64,000 nt of DNA. Source: Gemmatimonadales bacterium (lineage in GTDB: Bacteria > Gemmatimonadota > Gemmatimonadetes > Gemmatimonadales > GWC2-71-9). A program made the position numbers and the translations under genes. Within the stretch, counting starts at the first letter, position 1; each line of letters begins with the position of its first letter. The stretch is from positions 406-64,405 of the forward strand of contig JBDSMU010000009.1 in assembly GCA_039915685.1 (NCBI GenBank), written 5' to 3'. Shown in pieces: positions 1 through 11,268 of the stretch. Below the pieces are notes generated by a model. That model saw only the letters and a program-made list of their open reading frames with translations, was not told where the DNA came from and made no database searches.

Positions 1-903
1 AAGCAGAAGTTGAACCGGCGTGGCCCCGGCGTGGGTTCAAGCATCGCCCTCTTCCGGGAGGCCATCACCCTCGACTCGCTGGAGGCGGATGCCTGGTCAG
101 GGCTCAGTCTCGCCCTGGCATTGTCGCCCTATTTCCTGGGGATTCCTGCCGACTCGGCCGCCGCTGATGCCACGGCCGCGGCACGGCGAGCACTCTCCCT
201 CGACTCCACCCTGGCCGAGCCGCACACCGCGTTGGGACTTGTGCTGTCACATCGCCGGCAATGGCAGGCCGCCGGCGCCGAGTTCCGGACCGCGATCGCG
301 CTCGATTCGCACGACGTCGAGGCGCGGATCCAGTACGCCCGTTACCTCCACACCACATCTCGGCTCGCTGAAGCCGACCAACAATTGGCGCTGGCGCAAG
401 CCGACGACCCGGCCTCAGCGGTGGTCGCGAGTCTCAGCGCGGAATCCGGGCTTCTGCTCGGCAACCTCGACAGTGCGGGGGCCCAGTCGGACCGCGCACT
501 GCGAATCGATTCGCTCAATCTCACCACCATCGTGTTCGGCGGCATGACGAGAATCAGACAAGGCCGGCCGCTGGAGGCAAGGAAGATGGCCATGGCGGCG
601 CCTCCCTACTTTCCGGAGGTGGTGTGGATTCTCGCGGCGAGTGGCGATCGGTCCACCGCGCGCGAGAGGATCGCCTTTCTTGCTGCCGAGGATCCTCCCC
701 GCTGGCTCGGTCTCACCGCCATCGCGTTCGGGAGTCTCGCGCTCGGCGACACCGCCCGTGCGCTAGACGCGCTCGAGCGCGCCCTCGCTGCCAACGAGAT
801 CTGGCCAAACCTGGAACCGCCACTGAGTCATATCTACGACTCAGTTCGACGGAGCGGTCGGTTCAGGGCGCTGTTGACTCGAGCCGGCCTGCGGGAGCGG
901 TGA
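1..903 (+). CDS. TPR-repeat protein, 5' truncated by window edge
   Basis: Frame is open from nt 1 (the track starts at TTG 10). Ala/Leu-rich repeats with a TPR-like pattern (AxxxLxxALxLDP-type: ALSLDSTLAEPHTALG, AIALDSHDVEARIQYA). Stop at 901-903. Confidence 0.6.
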   Translation, partial: KQKLNRRGPGVGSSIALFREAITLDSLEADAWSGLSLALALSPYFLGIPADSAAADATAAARRALSLDSTLAEPHTALGLVLSHRRQWQAAGAEFRTAIALDSHDVEARIQYARYLHTTSRLAEADQQLALAQADDPASAVVASLSAESGLLLGNLDSAGAQSDRALRIDSLNLTTIVFGGMTRIRQGRPLEARKMAMAAPPYFPEVVWILAASGDRSTARERIAFLAAEDPPRWLGLTAIAFGSLALGDTARALDALERALAANEIWPNLEPPLSHIYDSVRRSGRFRALLTRAGLRER

Positions 904-1396
904 TGAGCAGGATGGCCCGATCAAGTTCTCCCGCCGACTGCGGACCCCACAGAACCTTCCGGATCACGCCGGAGGTATCGATGAACACCGTGGTCGGCAA
1001 ACCCAGCAATCGGTAGGCACGCCGAGAAACACCCCGGCGATCGATCAGCACCGGAAACGATACCGGCACCTGCGCCAGAAACTTCCCGATGTCACCCTCC
1101 CGCAGTTCCTGGTCGCGTTGATTCACGGCCAGAACCGTGAGCTCCTGGCCGGCGTGGCGACGAACGGCGTCGACCAGTGCCGGGAATTCCTCCCGGCACG
1201 AGGGACACCAGGTGGCCCAAAAGGTCACGATGACCGGACGGCCTCGATAGTCCGCCAACCGGACCCGACTGCCGTCGAGTGCCATCAGGTCAATGGCCGG
1301 TGCGACGGACCCCGTTCGGCTGCCCTGCGCAGCGACAGTTCCTGCCAAGCTCGCCAATGCACCCACCTGGAGCAGGCCGCGCCGCATACGTTGCAT
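863..1396 (-). CDS. TlpA/ResA-like periplasmic thiol:disulfide oxidoreductase (thioredoxin fold)
   Basis: Signal peptide followed by the WATWCPSCREEFP motif (CxxC thioredoxin active site). Its ATG overlaps the stop of the upstream gene (ATGA at 1394-1398). Confidence 0.85.
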   Translation of the reverse strand: MQRMRRGLLQVGALASLAGTVAAQGSRTGSVAPAIDLMALDGSRVRLADYRGRPVIVTFWATWCPSCREEFPALVDAVRRHAGQELTVLAVNQRDQELREGDIGKFLAQVPVSFPVLIDRRGVSRRAYRLLGLPTTVFIDTSGVIRKVLWGPQSAGELDRAILLITAPAGRLESTAP

Positions 1397-2466
1397 CAGA
1401 GCCGGTACCCGTAGCTGAGGAAAAGCAGATATTTGGCGAATCCGCCGCCATTGACGCCAGCCGGACCAGTCGATCGCTCCTCCAGCCCGCTCTTGATCCG
1501 GTTGATATGAAGCCGGACGGGCATGTTGAGGGTGAACGTGCTGCGTCCCTGCACCAGCGACAGCCCGGGATCGCCATAAAGGATGTTCGAGGTGCGCTTG
1601 ATGGTCGTGCTGTCACCCCCGCCGATCAGGTCGTTCTTCGGAATCCCATCCATGCGGAGGCCCAGACTCACCGTGATTCCCTGCGCGGGAAGCACGGATA
1701 CGGCAGTCCCCACCCGCGCCGAGTAGACGTCGGGTACAGACCAATGCACGGTAGATGTCGGGTTGAAGAGCACCTCGGTCTGGTCCTTGGGGTTCGCCAA
1801 ATACGACGCCGAGGCGTACCCAAACCAGTTTTCGGCGAACCGCCGGAAACCCTGGGCCTGCAGGGTGATACCCCACCCGCCATCGCCGGGCTGGATGGTC
1901 TGGTCGGCGGGGAAATCCACGGGCCCACCAGCGGTGTAGAACTGGCTGGGCTTGGTGTGGCTCCCGGTTGGTGCCTTTACGCCGAGGCCAAGAGAAAGAT
2001 TGCCGTTCTCGTGCGCGCGGGGATTGAACAACCAGAGGTCGCCGGCGACGGTTACGTCCCCGATTCCACTTGCGGACTGCTCGTGCTCCACAGCATCAGG
2101 CCAGATCCTGGAGAACGACGAAGTTGAGTACGGCACGCTGACGCGCAGGCGGAGCCGGTCGGTGGGCGCGTACGACACATCCCCGATGAACGTGTTGATG
2201 TTGAACACTGGCGACTGCCCGCCGGGCGCGAGCGAGTTATTCCGCTCAGTGCCGATGTACCAGTCGCTGGAGTGGAGTCGGCGATAGGCGAGAGTGAATC
2301 GCCATTGGTGCGCGCCCTGATATGCCTGCCCCCCGCCACCCAGGTCGATCGGCGTGGTGAACCGGATCGGCTCGCAGCCCTGCGCAAGGATCTGACGAGA
2401 AGGGTGGGCGACTGCGCCCAGCGTCACGAACGCTGCCACCAGGTGGATACGACGGACGGTCCTCAT
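1396..2466 (-). CDS. Putative outer-membrane beta-barrel protein (transporter-like)
   Basis: N-terminal signal peptide (VTLGAVAHP...AQG), alternating beta-strand-like pattern and an aromatic-rich C-terminus (LLFLSYGYRL). Translationally coupled to the TlpA-like gene. Confidence 0.65.
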   Translation of the reverse strand: MRTVRRIHLVAAFVTLGAVAHPSRQILAQGCEPIRFTTPIDLGGGGQAYQGAHQWRFTLAYRRLHSSDWYIGTERNNSLAPGGQSPVFNINTFIGDVSYAPTDRLRLRVSVPYSTSSFSRIWPDAVEHEQSASGIGDVTVAGDLWLFNPRAHENGNLSLGLGVKAPTGSHTKPSQFYTAGGPVDFPADQTIQPGDGGWGITLQAQGFRRFAENWFGYASASYLANPKDQTEVLFNPTSTVHWSVPDVYSARVGTAVSVLPAQGITVSLGLRMDGIPKNDLIGGGDSTTIKRTSNILYGDPGLSLVQGRSTFTLNMPVRLHINRIKSGLEERSTGPAGVNGGGFAKYLLFLSYGYRL

Positions 2467-2570
2467 GTGGTCTCCATTGCTCCGGGAGTTGGTCGATGTC
2501 CACCCTGTTCACGATAAAGTAGCGCGAAGTACGACACCCGTCCGCTCACCCCGCCCCTTATTCTGCGTTA

Positions 2571-2633
2571 TCCGTCCTCCGTCGTCAGTTCTCCGTCATC
2601 CGGCATCGGTCATCGGTCATCCATCATCGGCCA
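2571..2633 (+). repeat. Nine tandem degenerate heptamers (TCCGTCC TCCGTCG TCAGTTC TCCGTCA TCCGGCA TCGGTCA TCGGTCA TCCATCA TCGGCCA)
   Basis: Read directly from the sequence. Located in the divergent intergenic region between the OM barrel gene (start 2466, minus) and dnaK (start 2742, plus). Confidence 0.8.
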
Positions 2634-2741
2634 GCTGCCATTCCGGCATAGTTTCCCGGTACAGCCGTTGCTTGGGGAATCCCTCGTGCGGCCCCGCCGT
2701 CATTCCGGCGGATCGCCGGTTTTTCTTACCTGGAGAGGCAA

Positions 2742-4658
<1,917 letters not shown>

Positions 4659-4776
4659 ATCGGTGCGTGAGACGGAAACCCCGGGTCGCGCATCGGAGTA
4701 TTATGTAGGGGATACGGGCCGGGTTCCCATTCAGGGGGCCCGGCTCGCAGGACGTCAACTCGTCACAGACTGGGCA

Positions 4777-6360
4777 ATGTCGACACACTCGAAAAACTGG
4801 TTCAAGTTAAGCGGTCTCGTGGCGCTCGCCTTCGTGCTCGGGCTCTTCATCGCTGGCCTGCTCAACGTGCCCCGCACTGGCGAGGCCGAGGCGTCGCAAA
4901 GCAGCGTGACCCCGATCGTTACTGTCAACGCACCTCGCATTCCCGAGGCCAAACCGCTCGCCGACCTGAGCGACGCGTATTCGGCGATCGCCGAGGCTGT
5001 GAGGCCGTCGGTGGTGTTCGTGCAGGCGGAACGGCCCGAGGCAGCGCCACGCACGGCGCAGAAGCTGATCCTGCCACCGGGTTTCGAGCTCCCCGACGGC
5101 GACCAGCCGCCGGCCCGCCGGCCCGCCCAGCCCGATCGCAGCACCGGCTCGGGCTTCATTGTTTCGGCCGACGGATACATCGTCACCAACCATCACGTGA
5201 TCGAGGGCGCCACCCGGGTGAGGGTGCGGTTGCTCGACGGGCGCACCTTTGATGCCCGGCTCGTGGGCTCCGATCCGAACACCGATGTCGCGGTGCTCCG
5301 CGTCGATGCGACCGGCCTCACGCCGGCCGCACTGGGCAGTTCCGCCAAACTCAGGGTTGGTGAGTGGGTGCTGGCGATCGGCAATCCGCTCGGCGACGAC
5401 CTCACCTTCTCCGTCACCCAGGGAATCGTGAGCGCCAAGGGCCGCGGTCCGACCGCGCTGGTGCGCAGCAACCTCGACATTCAGGACTTCATCCAGACCG
5501 ATGCCGCCATCAACCGTGGCAATTCCGGCGGACCACTGATCAACGTGCGCGGGGAAGTGGTTGGCATCAATTCCGCTATCGCATCGCTCACCGGGTACTA
5601 TCAGGGCTATGCGTTCGCGGTGCCCATCGACCTCGCGCGGGCGGTGATGAACCAGATCATCGAGCACGGTCGGGTCGAGCGTACCAAGCTCGGAATTCTG
5701 GTCGAGACGGCAACGGCCGAAGATGCGGCGTACCTCGGCCTCGACACCATCGGCGGCGTGAAGATCAATGACTTCGAGCCTGCGAATGATTCACCGGCCA
5801 AGCGCGCCGGCCTCGAGGCCGGCGACGTGATCATCGCAATCGATGGACAGCCCGTGAAGTACACCGCGCAGCTCCAGCAGTTGGTCGGCTTCCGGCGCGC
5901 CGGTGAAACGGTTCGCGTGGAGGTCGCGCGGAGCACCGGCCGCAAGGAGTTCACGGTGCGGCTCGAGAACGTTGGCCAACCCGAACTCATCGCCCGCGAC
6001 TCCGCGCCCGACGCCCCTGCAGCCGCACCGCGGTCCGGCCTCGGACTGGTGGTCGAACCGCTGACCGCGGTCACGGCGTCGCAGGTTGGCCTGCCGTCGA
6101 ATATCCGCGGACTGTTGGTGCGCAAGATCGCACCGGGGTCGCCCGCCGAGGAGCGGCTCCTGTCGGCCGAGGACGCCGTGTACAGTCGCGCTGCACCAGA
6201 CGTGATCACTGCGGTCGAGGGTCGCGCGGTACGCACCGAAGCTGACTTCCGCAGCGCCCTGTCGAGTGCACGAAACGGGATCATCTCGCTCACGGTAGTG
6301 ACGGGCGCGCAGGGCACCGCCCAGTCCCGTGTGGTCCGGGTGCGGGTGGGCACGCCCTGA
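4777..6360 (+). CDS. HtrA/DegP-family periplasmic serine protease with PDZ domains
   Basis: TM/signal segment after M at 4777 (MSTHSKNWFKLSGLVALAFVLGLFIAG). Trypsin-like catalytic motifs (TNHHV, DVAVLRV, GNSGGPL), followed by two PDZ-like regions. The track's upstream extension (4552) runs through the dnaK 3' end and looks non-coding. Confidence 0.9.
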   Translation: MSTHSKNWFKLSGLVALAFVLGLFIAGLLNVPRTGEAEASQSSVTPIVTVNAPRIPEAKPLADLSDAYSAIAEAVRPSVVFVQAERPEAAPRTAQKLILPPGFELPDGDQPPARRPAQPDRSTGSGFIVSADGYIVTNHHVIEGATRVRVRLLDGRTFDARLVGSDPNTDVAVLRVDATGLTPAALGSSAKLRVGEWVLAIGNPLGDDLTFSVTQGIVSAKGRGPTALVRSNLDIQDFIQTDAAINRGNSGGPLINVRGEVVGINSAIASLTGYYQGYAFAVPIDLARAVMNQIIEHGRVERTKLGILVETATAEDAAYLGLDTIGGVKINDFEPANDSPAKRAGLEAGDVIIAIDGQPVKYTAQLQQLVGFRRAGETVRVEVARSTGRKEFTVRLENVGQPELIARDSAPDAPAAAPRSGLGLVVEPLTAVTASQVGLPSNIRGLLVRKIAPGSPAEERLLSAEDAVYSRAAPDVITAVEGRAVRTEADFRSALSSARNGIISLTVVTGAQGTAQSRVVRVRVGTP

Positions 6361-6387
6361 CGGCGTTCTCGCACCGACCGACGGACG

Positions 6388-6428
6388 CACGCGCGCCCGC
6401 CAGCAGGATTCGCTGGCGGGCGCGCGTG
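6388..6428. terminator. Perfect 17-bp GC-rich hairpin (CACGCGCGCCCGCCAGC / 7-nt loop / GCTGGCGGGCGCGCGTG) between convergent genes
   Basis: Inverted repeat verified base by base. Lies between the htrA-like stop (6360) and the stop of the minus-strand lipoprotein gene (6444). No clear U-tract. Confidence 0.6.
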
Positions 6429-6443
6429 TAATGAGACGGCGGA

Positions 6444-6785
6444 CTACTTGAGTTGGGGCATCGGGATGTTGAGCGTCTCGGCTTCCTTACGCCAGTAATC
6501 CCACCCGAATCCGGCGACCTTGCCGTCGGCCATGACCACCGGCGTCAGCTTGCCCCACTCGACGGAATCCTCGGCCGCCTCGTTTCCGCGAGCGTACAGC
6601 ATGATCTCCCAGAACTTGCCGCCGGTCTGGTAGCTCTGGGTGCGATGCGGTTCGTTTCCCATGATTACCGCGACGCTGTCCTTCTCGATGCCGGTGGAGA
6701 GTTTCTTGAGCCGTGCGTCGCTACACGCGGCGAGGCCAACGATCGCGACGAAGGTGACGACGCGGCGAATGTGCGGGATGATCAT
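6444..6785 (-). CDS. Small lipoprotein, unknown function
   Basis: Lipobox VGLAAC after a basic n-region (MIIPHIRRVVTFVAIVGLAACS). 113 aa. Confidence 0.65.
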   Translation of the reverse strand: MIIPHIRRVVTFVAIVGLAACSDARLKKLSTGIEKDSVAVIMGNEPHRTQSYQTGGKFWEIMLYARGNEAAEDSVEWGKLTPVVMADGKVAGFGWDYWRKEAETLNIPMPQLK

Positions 6786-6864
6786 TTCGGGTTTCCTGGA
6801 TGGTGGTGCATCGATGAGCGTCCGGCCCGCAAGATACCCGGGCGTCGCACTAGATTTCCACCGC

Positions 6865-6947
6865 GCCAGGGTGGTGAAATGGCAGACACGACGGCCTTAG
6901 GAGCCGTTGGGGGAAACCCCGTCCGGGTTCAAGTCCCGGTCCTGGCA
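6865..6947 (+). tRNA. tRNA-Leu, anticodon UAG (type II, long variable arm)
   Basis: Manually folded. Acceptor GCCAGGG/UCCUGGC (one G-U pair), D stem GUG/CAC, anticodon stem ACGGC/GCCGU with loop CUUAGGA, variable arm GGGG-AAA-CCCC, T arm CCGGG-UUCAAGU-CCCGG, discriminator A. CCA is not encoded. Confidence 0.88.
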
Positions 6948-6958
6948 CTTCGGGAGGA

Positions 6959-7339
6959 TCAGCGCGTCGTTCGGCGGAGGAGGGCGATCCGGATGGCGTC
7001 GACCACCAACTGGAGGTCGTCAAGCTTGCCAAGCATCGGCACACCGAGTTGCTCGATCGGGCGATGCACGTCGGGATCGTGGTTGGCACCAGTGAGGAAC
7101 ACCACGCGCCGGCGGAGGTGTGGCGCCTGCTCGGCCAGTTTATGGTAGAAGGCGATGCCACTGAGCCCGGGCATCAGCACATCACTCACCACGGCGTCGG
7201 GCGGCGTCGGCCCATCGAGGGTCGCGAGCGCGGCGTCGCCTGACTCCGCTTCGCTCACCTCGTGACCGGCGCCCTCGAACATCTTGCGGAGCACCCGGCG
7301 CACGCCGTCATCGTCGTCGACGATCAGAATCCGTGCCAT
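6959..7339 (-). CDS. Stand-alone response-regulator receiver (CheY-like) protein
   Basis: MARILIVDDDD acidic pocket, phospho-acceptor context VVSDVLMPGLSG, and a conserved Thr (VVFLTGA). No output domain. Start trimmed to M13 of the track ORF. Confidence 0.85.
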   Translation of the reverse strand: MARILIVDDDDGVRRVLRKMFEGAGHEVSEAESGDAALATLDGPTPPDAVVSDVLMPGLSGIAFYHKLAEQAPHLRRRVVFLTGANHDPDVHRPIEQLGVPMLGKLDDLQLVVDAIRIALLRRTTR

Positions 7340-7426
7340 GGCGCAACAGAACCGCCGAGCGACCCTGCCCGTCAACCCCCAGTACGAATTGACCCCGATC
7401 GGTCACGGCGGGTAACTTTCAGGGCT

Positions 7427-8680
7427 ATGACCGAGATCACCTACCAAACGACCTCCCAGGACGTCGCCTCCCGCTCGCTCCAGGTCACCGTGCCGGTCGA
7501 GCGTCTCGCTGCTGCAGAGCGCCGCGCCCTCCGTGAGTACACCCGTCAGGCCCGGATCCCGGGCTTCCGCAAGGGGCACGTTCCCGAACCGGTGGTTCGC
7601 CGACGCTTCGGAGAGGAAATCCGTCGCCACGTGATTGAGGACGCCCTGCGGGAAAGCTGGGAAACGATCATCAAGAACACCGACCTCAAGCCCACCGCCG
7701 ATCCGCAGGTGTCGAACCTGTCGTTCGAGCAGGGGCAGCCGTTGGTGTTCGACATGACGGTCGAGGTCCGCCCGTCGATCGCCTTGGCGACGACCGGTGG
7801 ATTCACGCTGTCCCGAACGATGGCCGCGGTGACCCAGGAGGCGATCCAGGAGCGGATCGATCGGCTCCGGGAGCAGAAGGCCTCGTGGACGCCCGTGGAG
7901 TCCGTCAAACCCAAGTCGGGGCAGATGGTGACCGTCGCTGTCACAACGCTCGGAGACAAGGCGCAGGAGCCATCCAAGCCGTACAGCATGGTCATCGGCA
8001 AGGGCCAAACCATTCCCGACCTCGAAGAACTGGTCATGGGCCTTCTGCCCGGTGAGACCATTGAGGGTGAGGTCCGGTTTCCGGATGACCACCCCGATGA
8101 GGCCAGGCGGGGCGAGGCGCGCCGGGTGTCCGTGGCCCTGCACGAGATCAAGGAACAGGTGCTGCCGCCGTATGACGCCGCATTTGCGCGCGAGGTAGGG
8201 GAATTCGAGTCGGCTGAGGCGCTCACTGCGCAGATTTCGTCCGACCTTGGCGAAGAAGCGGTGCGGACCGCCGACCAGGGGGTACATGAGCAACTCATTG
8301 ACCATCTGGTGCGCGCCAACGATGTGCCCGCACCGCCCACGCTCGTCCGCCGGCTGATCAGGGCGTACGCCGAGGGATACGGCATCGATGCGGAGCGCCT
8401 CGACACGTTTGCGGGCACGTTTGCCCCGATTGCCGAGGCACAGGTGCGGCGGGAACTGGTTCTTGACGCGGTCAGCTCGGCCCAGAACCTGCAGGCCTCG
8501 GCGGGAGACGTCGATGCGCGGGTGGCGGAGCTCGCCAGCGCCCGTGGCGTCGAGCCGGGCGCTCTCTACGCCTCACTGCAACAAGCCAAGCGCCTCGACG
8601 ACCTCGAGCGCACCATCACCGAGGAGAAGACCTTCGCATGGCTCCTCGAGCAGTCCACCGTCACCGAGGTCAGCGCGTGA
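7427..8680 (+). CDS. tig: Trigger factor (ribosome-associated PPIase chaperone)
   Basis: N-terminal ribosome-binding signature region (GFRKGHVP), about 417 aa, positioned immediately upstream of clpP-clpX as in many bacteria. Start at ATG 7427 (MTEITYQ). Confidence 0.92.
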   Translation: MTEITYQTTSQDVASRSLQVTVPVERLAAAERRALREYTRQARIPGFRKGHVPEPVVRRRFGEEIRRHVIEDALRESWETIIKNTDLKPTADPQVSNLSFEQGQPLVFDMTVEVRPSIALATTGGFTLSRTMAAVTQEAIQERIDRLREQKASWTPVESVKPKSGQMVTVAVTTLGDKAQEPSKPYSMVIGKGQTIPDLEELVMGLLPGETIEGEVRFPDDHPDEARRGEARRVSVALHEIKEQVLPPYDAAFAREVGEFESAEALTAQISSDLGEEAVRTADQGVHEQLIDHLVRANDVPAPPTLVRRLIRAYAEGYGIDAERLDTFAGTFAPIAEAQVRRELVLDAVSSAQNLQASAGDVDARVAELASARGVEPGALYASLQQAKRLDDLERTITEEKTFAWLLEQSTVTEVSA

Positions 8681-9294
8681 CCCACGCTGCGATCTATCCG
8701 CCGTACATCATCGAGCGTTCGTCGCGGGGCGAGCGCACCTACGACATCTTCTCGCGCCTGCTCATGGACCGCATCGTGTTCCTGGGCGCGGGCATCAACG
8801 ACGACGTCGCGAACATCATCATTGCGCAACTGCTCTTCCTCGAGGCCGACAACCCTGAGAAGGACATCTATCTCTACCTGAATTCGCCCGGCGGCATCGT
8901 ATCGAGTGGCATGGCGATCTACGACACCATGCAGCACCTTCGGGCACCGATCAACACGATCTGCATGGGCATGGCCGCCTCGATGGGCTCGTTCCTCCTG
9001 GCCGCGGGAACGAAGGGGAAGCGTGCCGCGTTGCCCCATGCACGGATCATGATGCACCAGCCGTCCGGTGGTGCGCAGGGCACCGCGACCGACATCGAGA
9101 TCCAGGCCAAAGAGATCCTCTACCTTCGCGGGCGGATGAACGAACTCTACGCGCGGCACACCGGCCAACCGCTGGAGCAGATCGAGCGAGACATGGACCG
9201 CGACCGGTTCATGAGCGCAGACGAAGCGAAGGCGTACGGCCTGATCGACACCGTGTTCGAGCCGCGCACCCCGCTCATCGCGCCCGAAGGTTGA
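8677..9294 (+). CDS. clpP: ATP-dependent Clp protease proteolytic subunit
   Basis: [25 protein letters not shown], catalytic Ser context [11 protein letters not shown], His context MMHQP. The GTG start at 8677 overlaps the tig stop (GTGA). Exact start uncertain. Confidence 0.95.
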   Translation: MTHAAIYPPYIIERSSRGERTYDIFSRLLMDRIVFLGAGINDDVANIIIAQLLFLEADNPEKDIYLYLNSPGGIVSSGMAIYDTMQHLRAPINTICMGMAASMGSFLLAAGTKGKRAALPHARIMMHQPSGGAQGTATDIEIQAKEILYLRGRMNELYARHTGQPLEQIERDMDRDRFMSADEAKAYGLIDTVFEPRTPLIAPEG

Positions 9295-9305
9295 CCGGCC
9301 CCGTG

Positions 9306-9338
9306 CCGGGAGACAGGTTCACTGGTGAACCCTCCCGG
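9306..9338 (+). terminator. Hairpin in the clpP-clpX spacer (CCGGGAG..GGTTCAC / GTGAACC CTCCCGG)
   Basis: Two stacked inverted-repeat segments (7+7 bp) with a 3-nt bulge. No U-tract, so it could be an attenuator, a processing site or nothing. Confidence 0.3.
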
Positions 9339-9364
9339 CCGGCATCCCGGCGGAAATCATCCTG

Positions 9365-10627
9365 ATGTCCAACGACAAGCATCTCCGTTGCAGCTTCTGC
9401 GGCAAGAGCAAGGACTCAGTCCGGAAATTCATCTCCGGTCCGTCAGTCTACATCTGCAATGAGTGCATTACCCTCTGCAACGAAATCCTGGCGGAGGATG
9501 AGGAGCGCGAGGCCGTCGAGGGTCAGCGGGCGGTCCCGTCGCCCCAGGAGATCAAGGACACCCTCGACCAGTACGTGGTCGGCCAGGAGCGGGCCAAGCG
9601 GTCGCTGTCGGTGGCGGTCTACAACCACTACAAGCGAATCAATGCCGGCCCCCGCGACGGCGAGGTTGAGCTCGAGAAGTCCAACATCGTCATGATGGGG
9701 CCCACTGGCACCGGCAAGACCCTCCTCGCGCAGACCCTGGCGCGGATCCTCGACGTGCCGTTCACCATTGCCGACGCCACCACGCTCACCGAGGCCGGCT
9801 ACGTGGGCGAGGATGTCGAGAACATTCTTGTGCGCCTGCTGCAGGCCGGCGACTTCAACGTCGCTGAGTGCGAGCGCGGCATCGTCTACATTGACGAGAT
9901 TGACAAGATCGCGCGCAAGTCCGAGAACCCGAGCATCACCCGCGATGTGTCGGGCGAAGGCGTGCAACAGGCCCTCCTGAAGATCCTCGAAGGCACGATC
10001 GCGTCGGTGCCGCCGCAAGGCGGCCGGAAACACCCGCAGCAGGAATACATCCAGATCAACACGCGGGACATCCTTTTTATCTGTGGCGGGGCATTCGACG
10101 GCCTCGACAAGATCGTCGAGTCCCGCTTGGGTCGGCAGCGGATCGGCTTCGCGAAAGAGGAGCTGCCCACGCCGCAGATCGGCGGTAGCGCCGCGCCGTA
10201 CGACGTGATGCACCCGTTCGCAGCGGTCGAGCCCGACGACATGCTGCGCTTCGGGTTGATCCCCGAACTCGTGGGCCGCCTTCCGGTGCTGGTGGCCCTC
10301 GAGGCACTGGACGAGGATGCGCTGGTACAGATACTAGTCGAGCCGCGCAACGCGCTCACCAAGCAGTACAAGCGGTTGTTCGACCTCGAGGGCGTGGGCC
10401 TCACCTTCGACGCCGAATCACTGCGTGCTGCCGCCCGCAAGGCGATCACGCGCAAGACCGGCGCACGCGGGCTGCGGGCGATTCTCGAGAGCGTGATGAC
10501 CGATATCATGTTCGACCTGCCGTCGCGCCACGATGTGCGCGAGGTGATCATCACCGCGGAATCGATCAACGAGGGAGCTTCGCCGCTGGTCGTGACCGAG
10601 CGGGCACGCCACAAGAAGGAAGCGTGA
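9365..10627 (+). CDS. clpX: ATP-dependent Clp protease ATP-binding subunit ClpX
   Basis: N-terminal zinc ribbon CSFCGK...CNEC, Walker A GPTGTGKT, Walker B VYIDEIDK, and the IGF-like loop region. Confidence 0.98.
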   Translation: MSNDKHLRCSFCGKSKDSVRKFISGPSVYICNECITLCNEILAEDEEREAVEGQRAVPSPQEIKDTLDQYVVGQERAKRSLSVAVYNHYKRINAGPRDGEVELEKSNIVMMGPTGTGKTLLAQTLARILDVPFTIADATTLTEAGYVGEDVENILVRLLQAGDFNVAECERGIVYIDEIDKIARKSENPSITRDVSGEGVQQALLKILEGTIASVPPQGGRKHPQQEYIQINTRDILFICGGAFDGLDKIVESRLGRQRIGFAKEELPTPQIGGSAAPYDVMHPFAAVEPDDMLRFGLIPELVGRLPVLVALEALDEDALVQILVEPRNALTKQYKRLFDLEGVGLTFDAESLRAAARKAITRKTGARGLRAILESVMTDIMFDLPSRHDVREVIITAESINEGASPLVVTERARHKKEA

Positions 10628-10643
10628 ATCTCCTGGGCGCGCC

Positions 10644-11267
10644 ATGAGCGGCGCGCGCGACGCAACGGCCGTCCGTTCGCCGCTGGCCACGCTCCCAATC
10701 GAGTTCGTCGGGAGCTTTCCCGACCCGCTGCAGCACCTTGATCCGCCCGCCGCTGAGTTTGCGTTCGTGGGCAGGTCGAATGTCGGCAAGTCTTCACTGC
10801 TCAACGCCCTCGTTGGTCGCAAGGCACTCGCCCGAGTCTCATCGACACCCGGCAAGACGCAGCTCCTCAACGTCTACCGCTTGCCGACGCTCTACCTCAT
10901 CGATCTTCCAGGATATGGCTTCGCCCGGACGTCGAAGGAGGAACGGAACGCGTATCGTCGGTTGCTCGAGAAGATGCTCCGCCAACGCAACTCGCTCGCC
11001 GGCGTGGTGTGGCTGCTCGACGCCCGCCACCCACCCTCGAAGGAAGACGCAGAGTTCCATGCGATACTGACCGGGTCGGGGCGACCGGTGTTGGCGGTAC
11101 TGACGAAGTCGGACAAGCTATCCCGCGCGCAGTTGGTGCGCGCACTCGCCGAGCGGGCGGGAGAACTCGGTCTCGAGGCCGACCAGGTTCAGGCCGTGTC
11201 GGCCCAGACTGGTGCCGGCATCGCGGAACTCGGTGCGTCGCTACTCGCAGCCGCAGCGGAGGACTGA
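10644..11267 (+). CDS. engB: Ribosome-biogenesis GTPase EngB/YsxC
   Basis: G1 GRSNVGKSSLLNAL, G2/G3 context TPGKTQ, DLPGYG, G4 TKSDK. Confidence 0.9.
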   Translation: MSGARDATAVRSPLATLPIEFVGSFPDPLQHLDPPAAEFAFVGRSNVGKSSLLNALVGRKALARVSSTPGKTQLLNVYRLPTLYLIDLPGYGFARTSKEERNAYRRLLEKMLRQRNSLAGVVWLLDARHPPSKEDAEFHAILTGSGRPVLAVLTKSDKLSRAQLVRALAERAGELGLEADQVQAVSAQTGAGIAELGASLLAAAAED

Positions 11268-11268
11268 A

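Noticed and set aside
863-903. 41-nt convergent overlap of the TPR and TlpA-like gene 3' ends, and the CTAG shared-stop overlap at 40928-40931
   Set aside because: Short convergent overlaps are common in compact genomes and may partly reflect uncertain C-termini. No additional structure was seen.
2467-2741. CIRCE/HrcA operator upstream of dnaK
   Set aside because: No TTAGCACTC-N9-GAGTGCTAA-like inverted repeat is present in the region.
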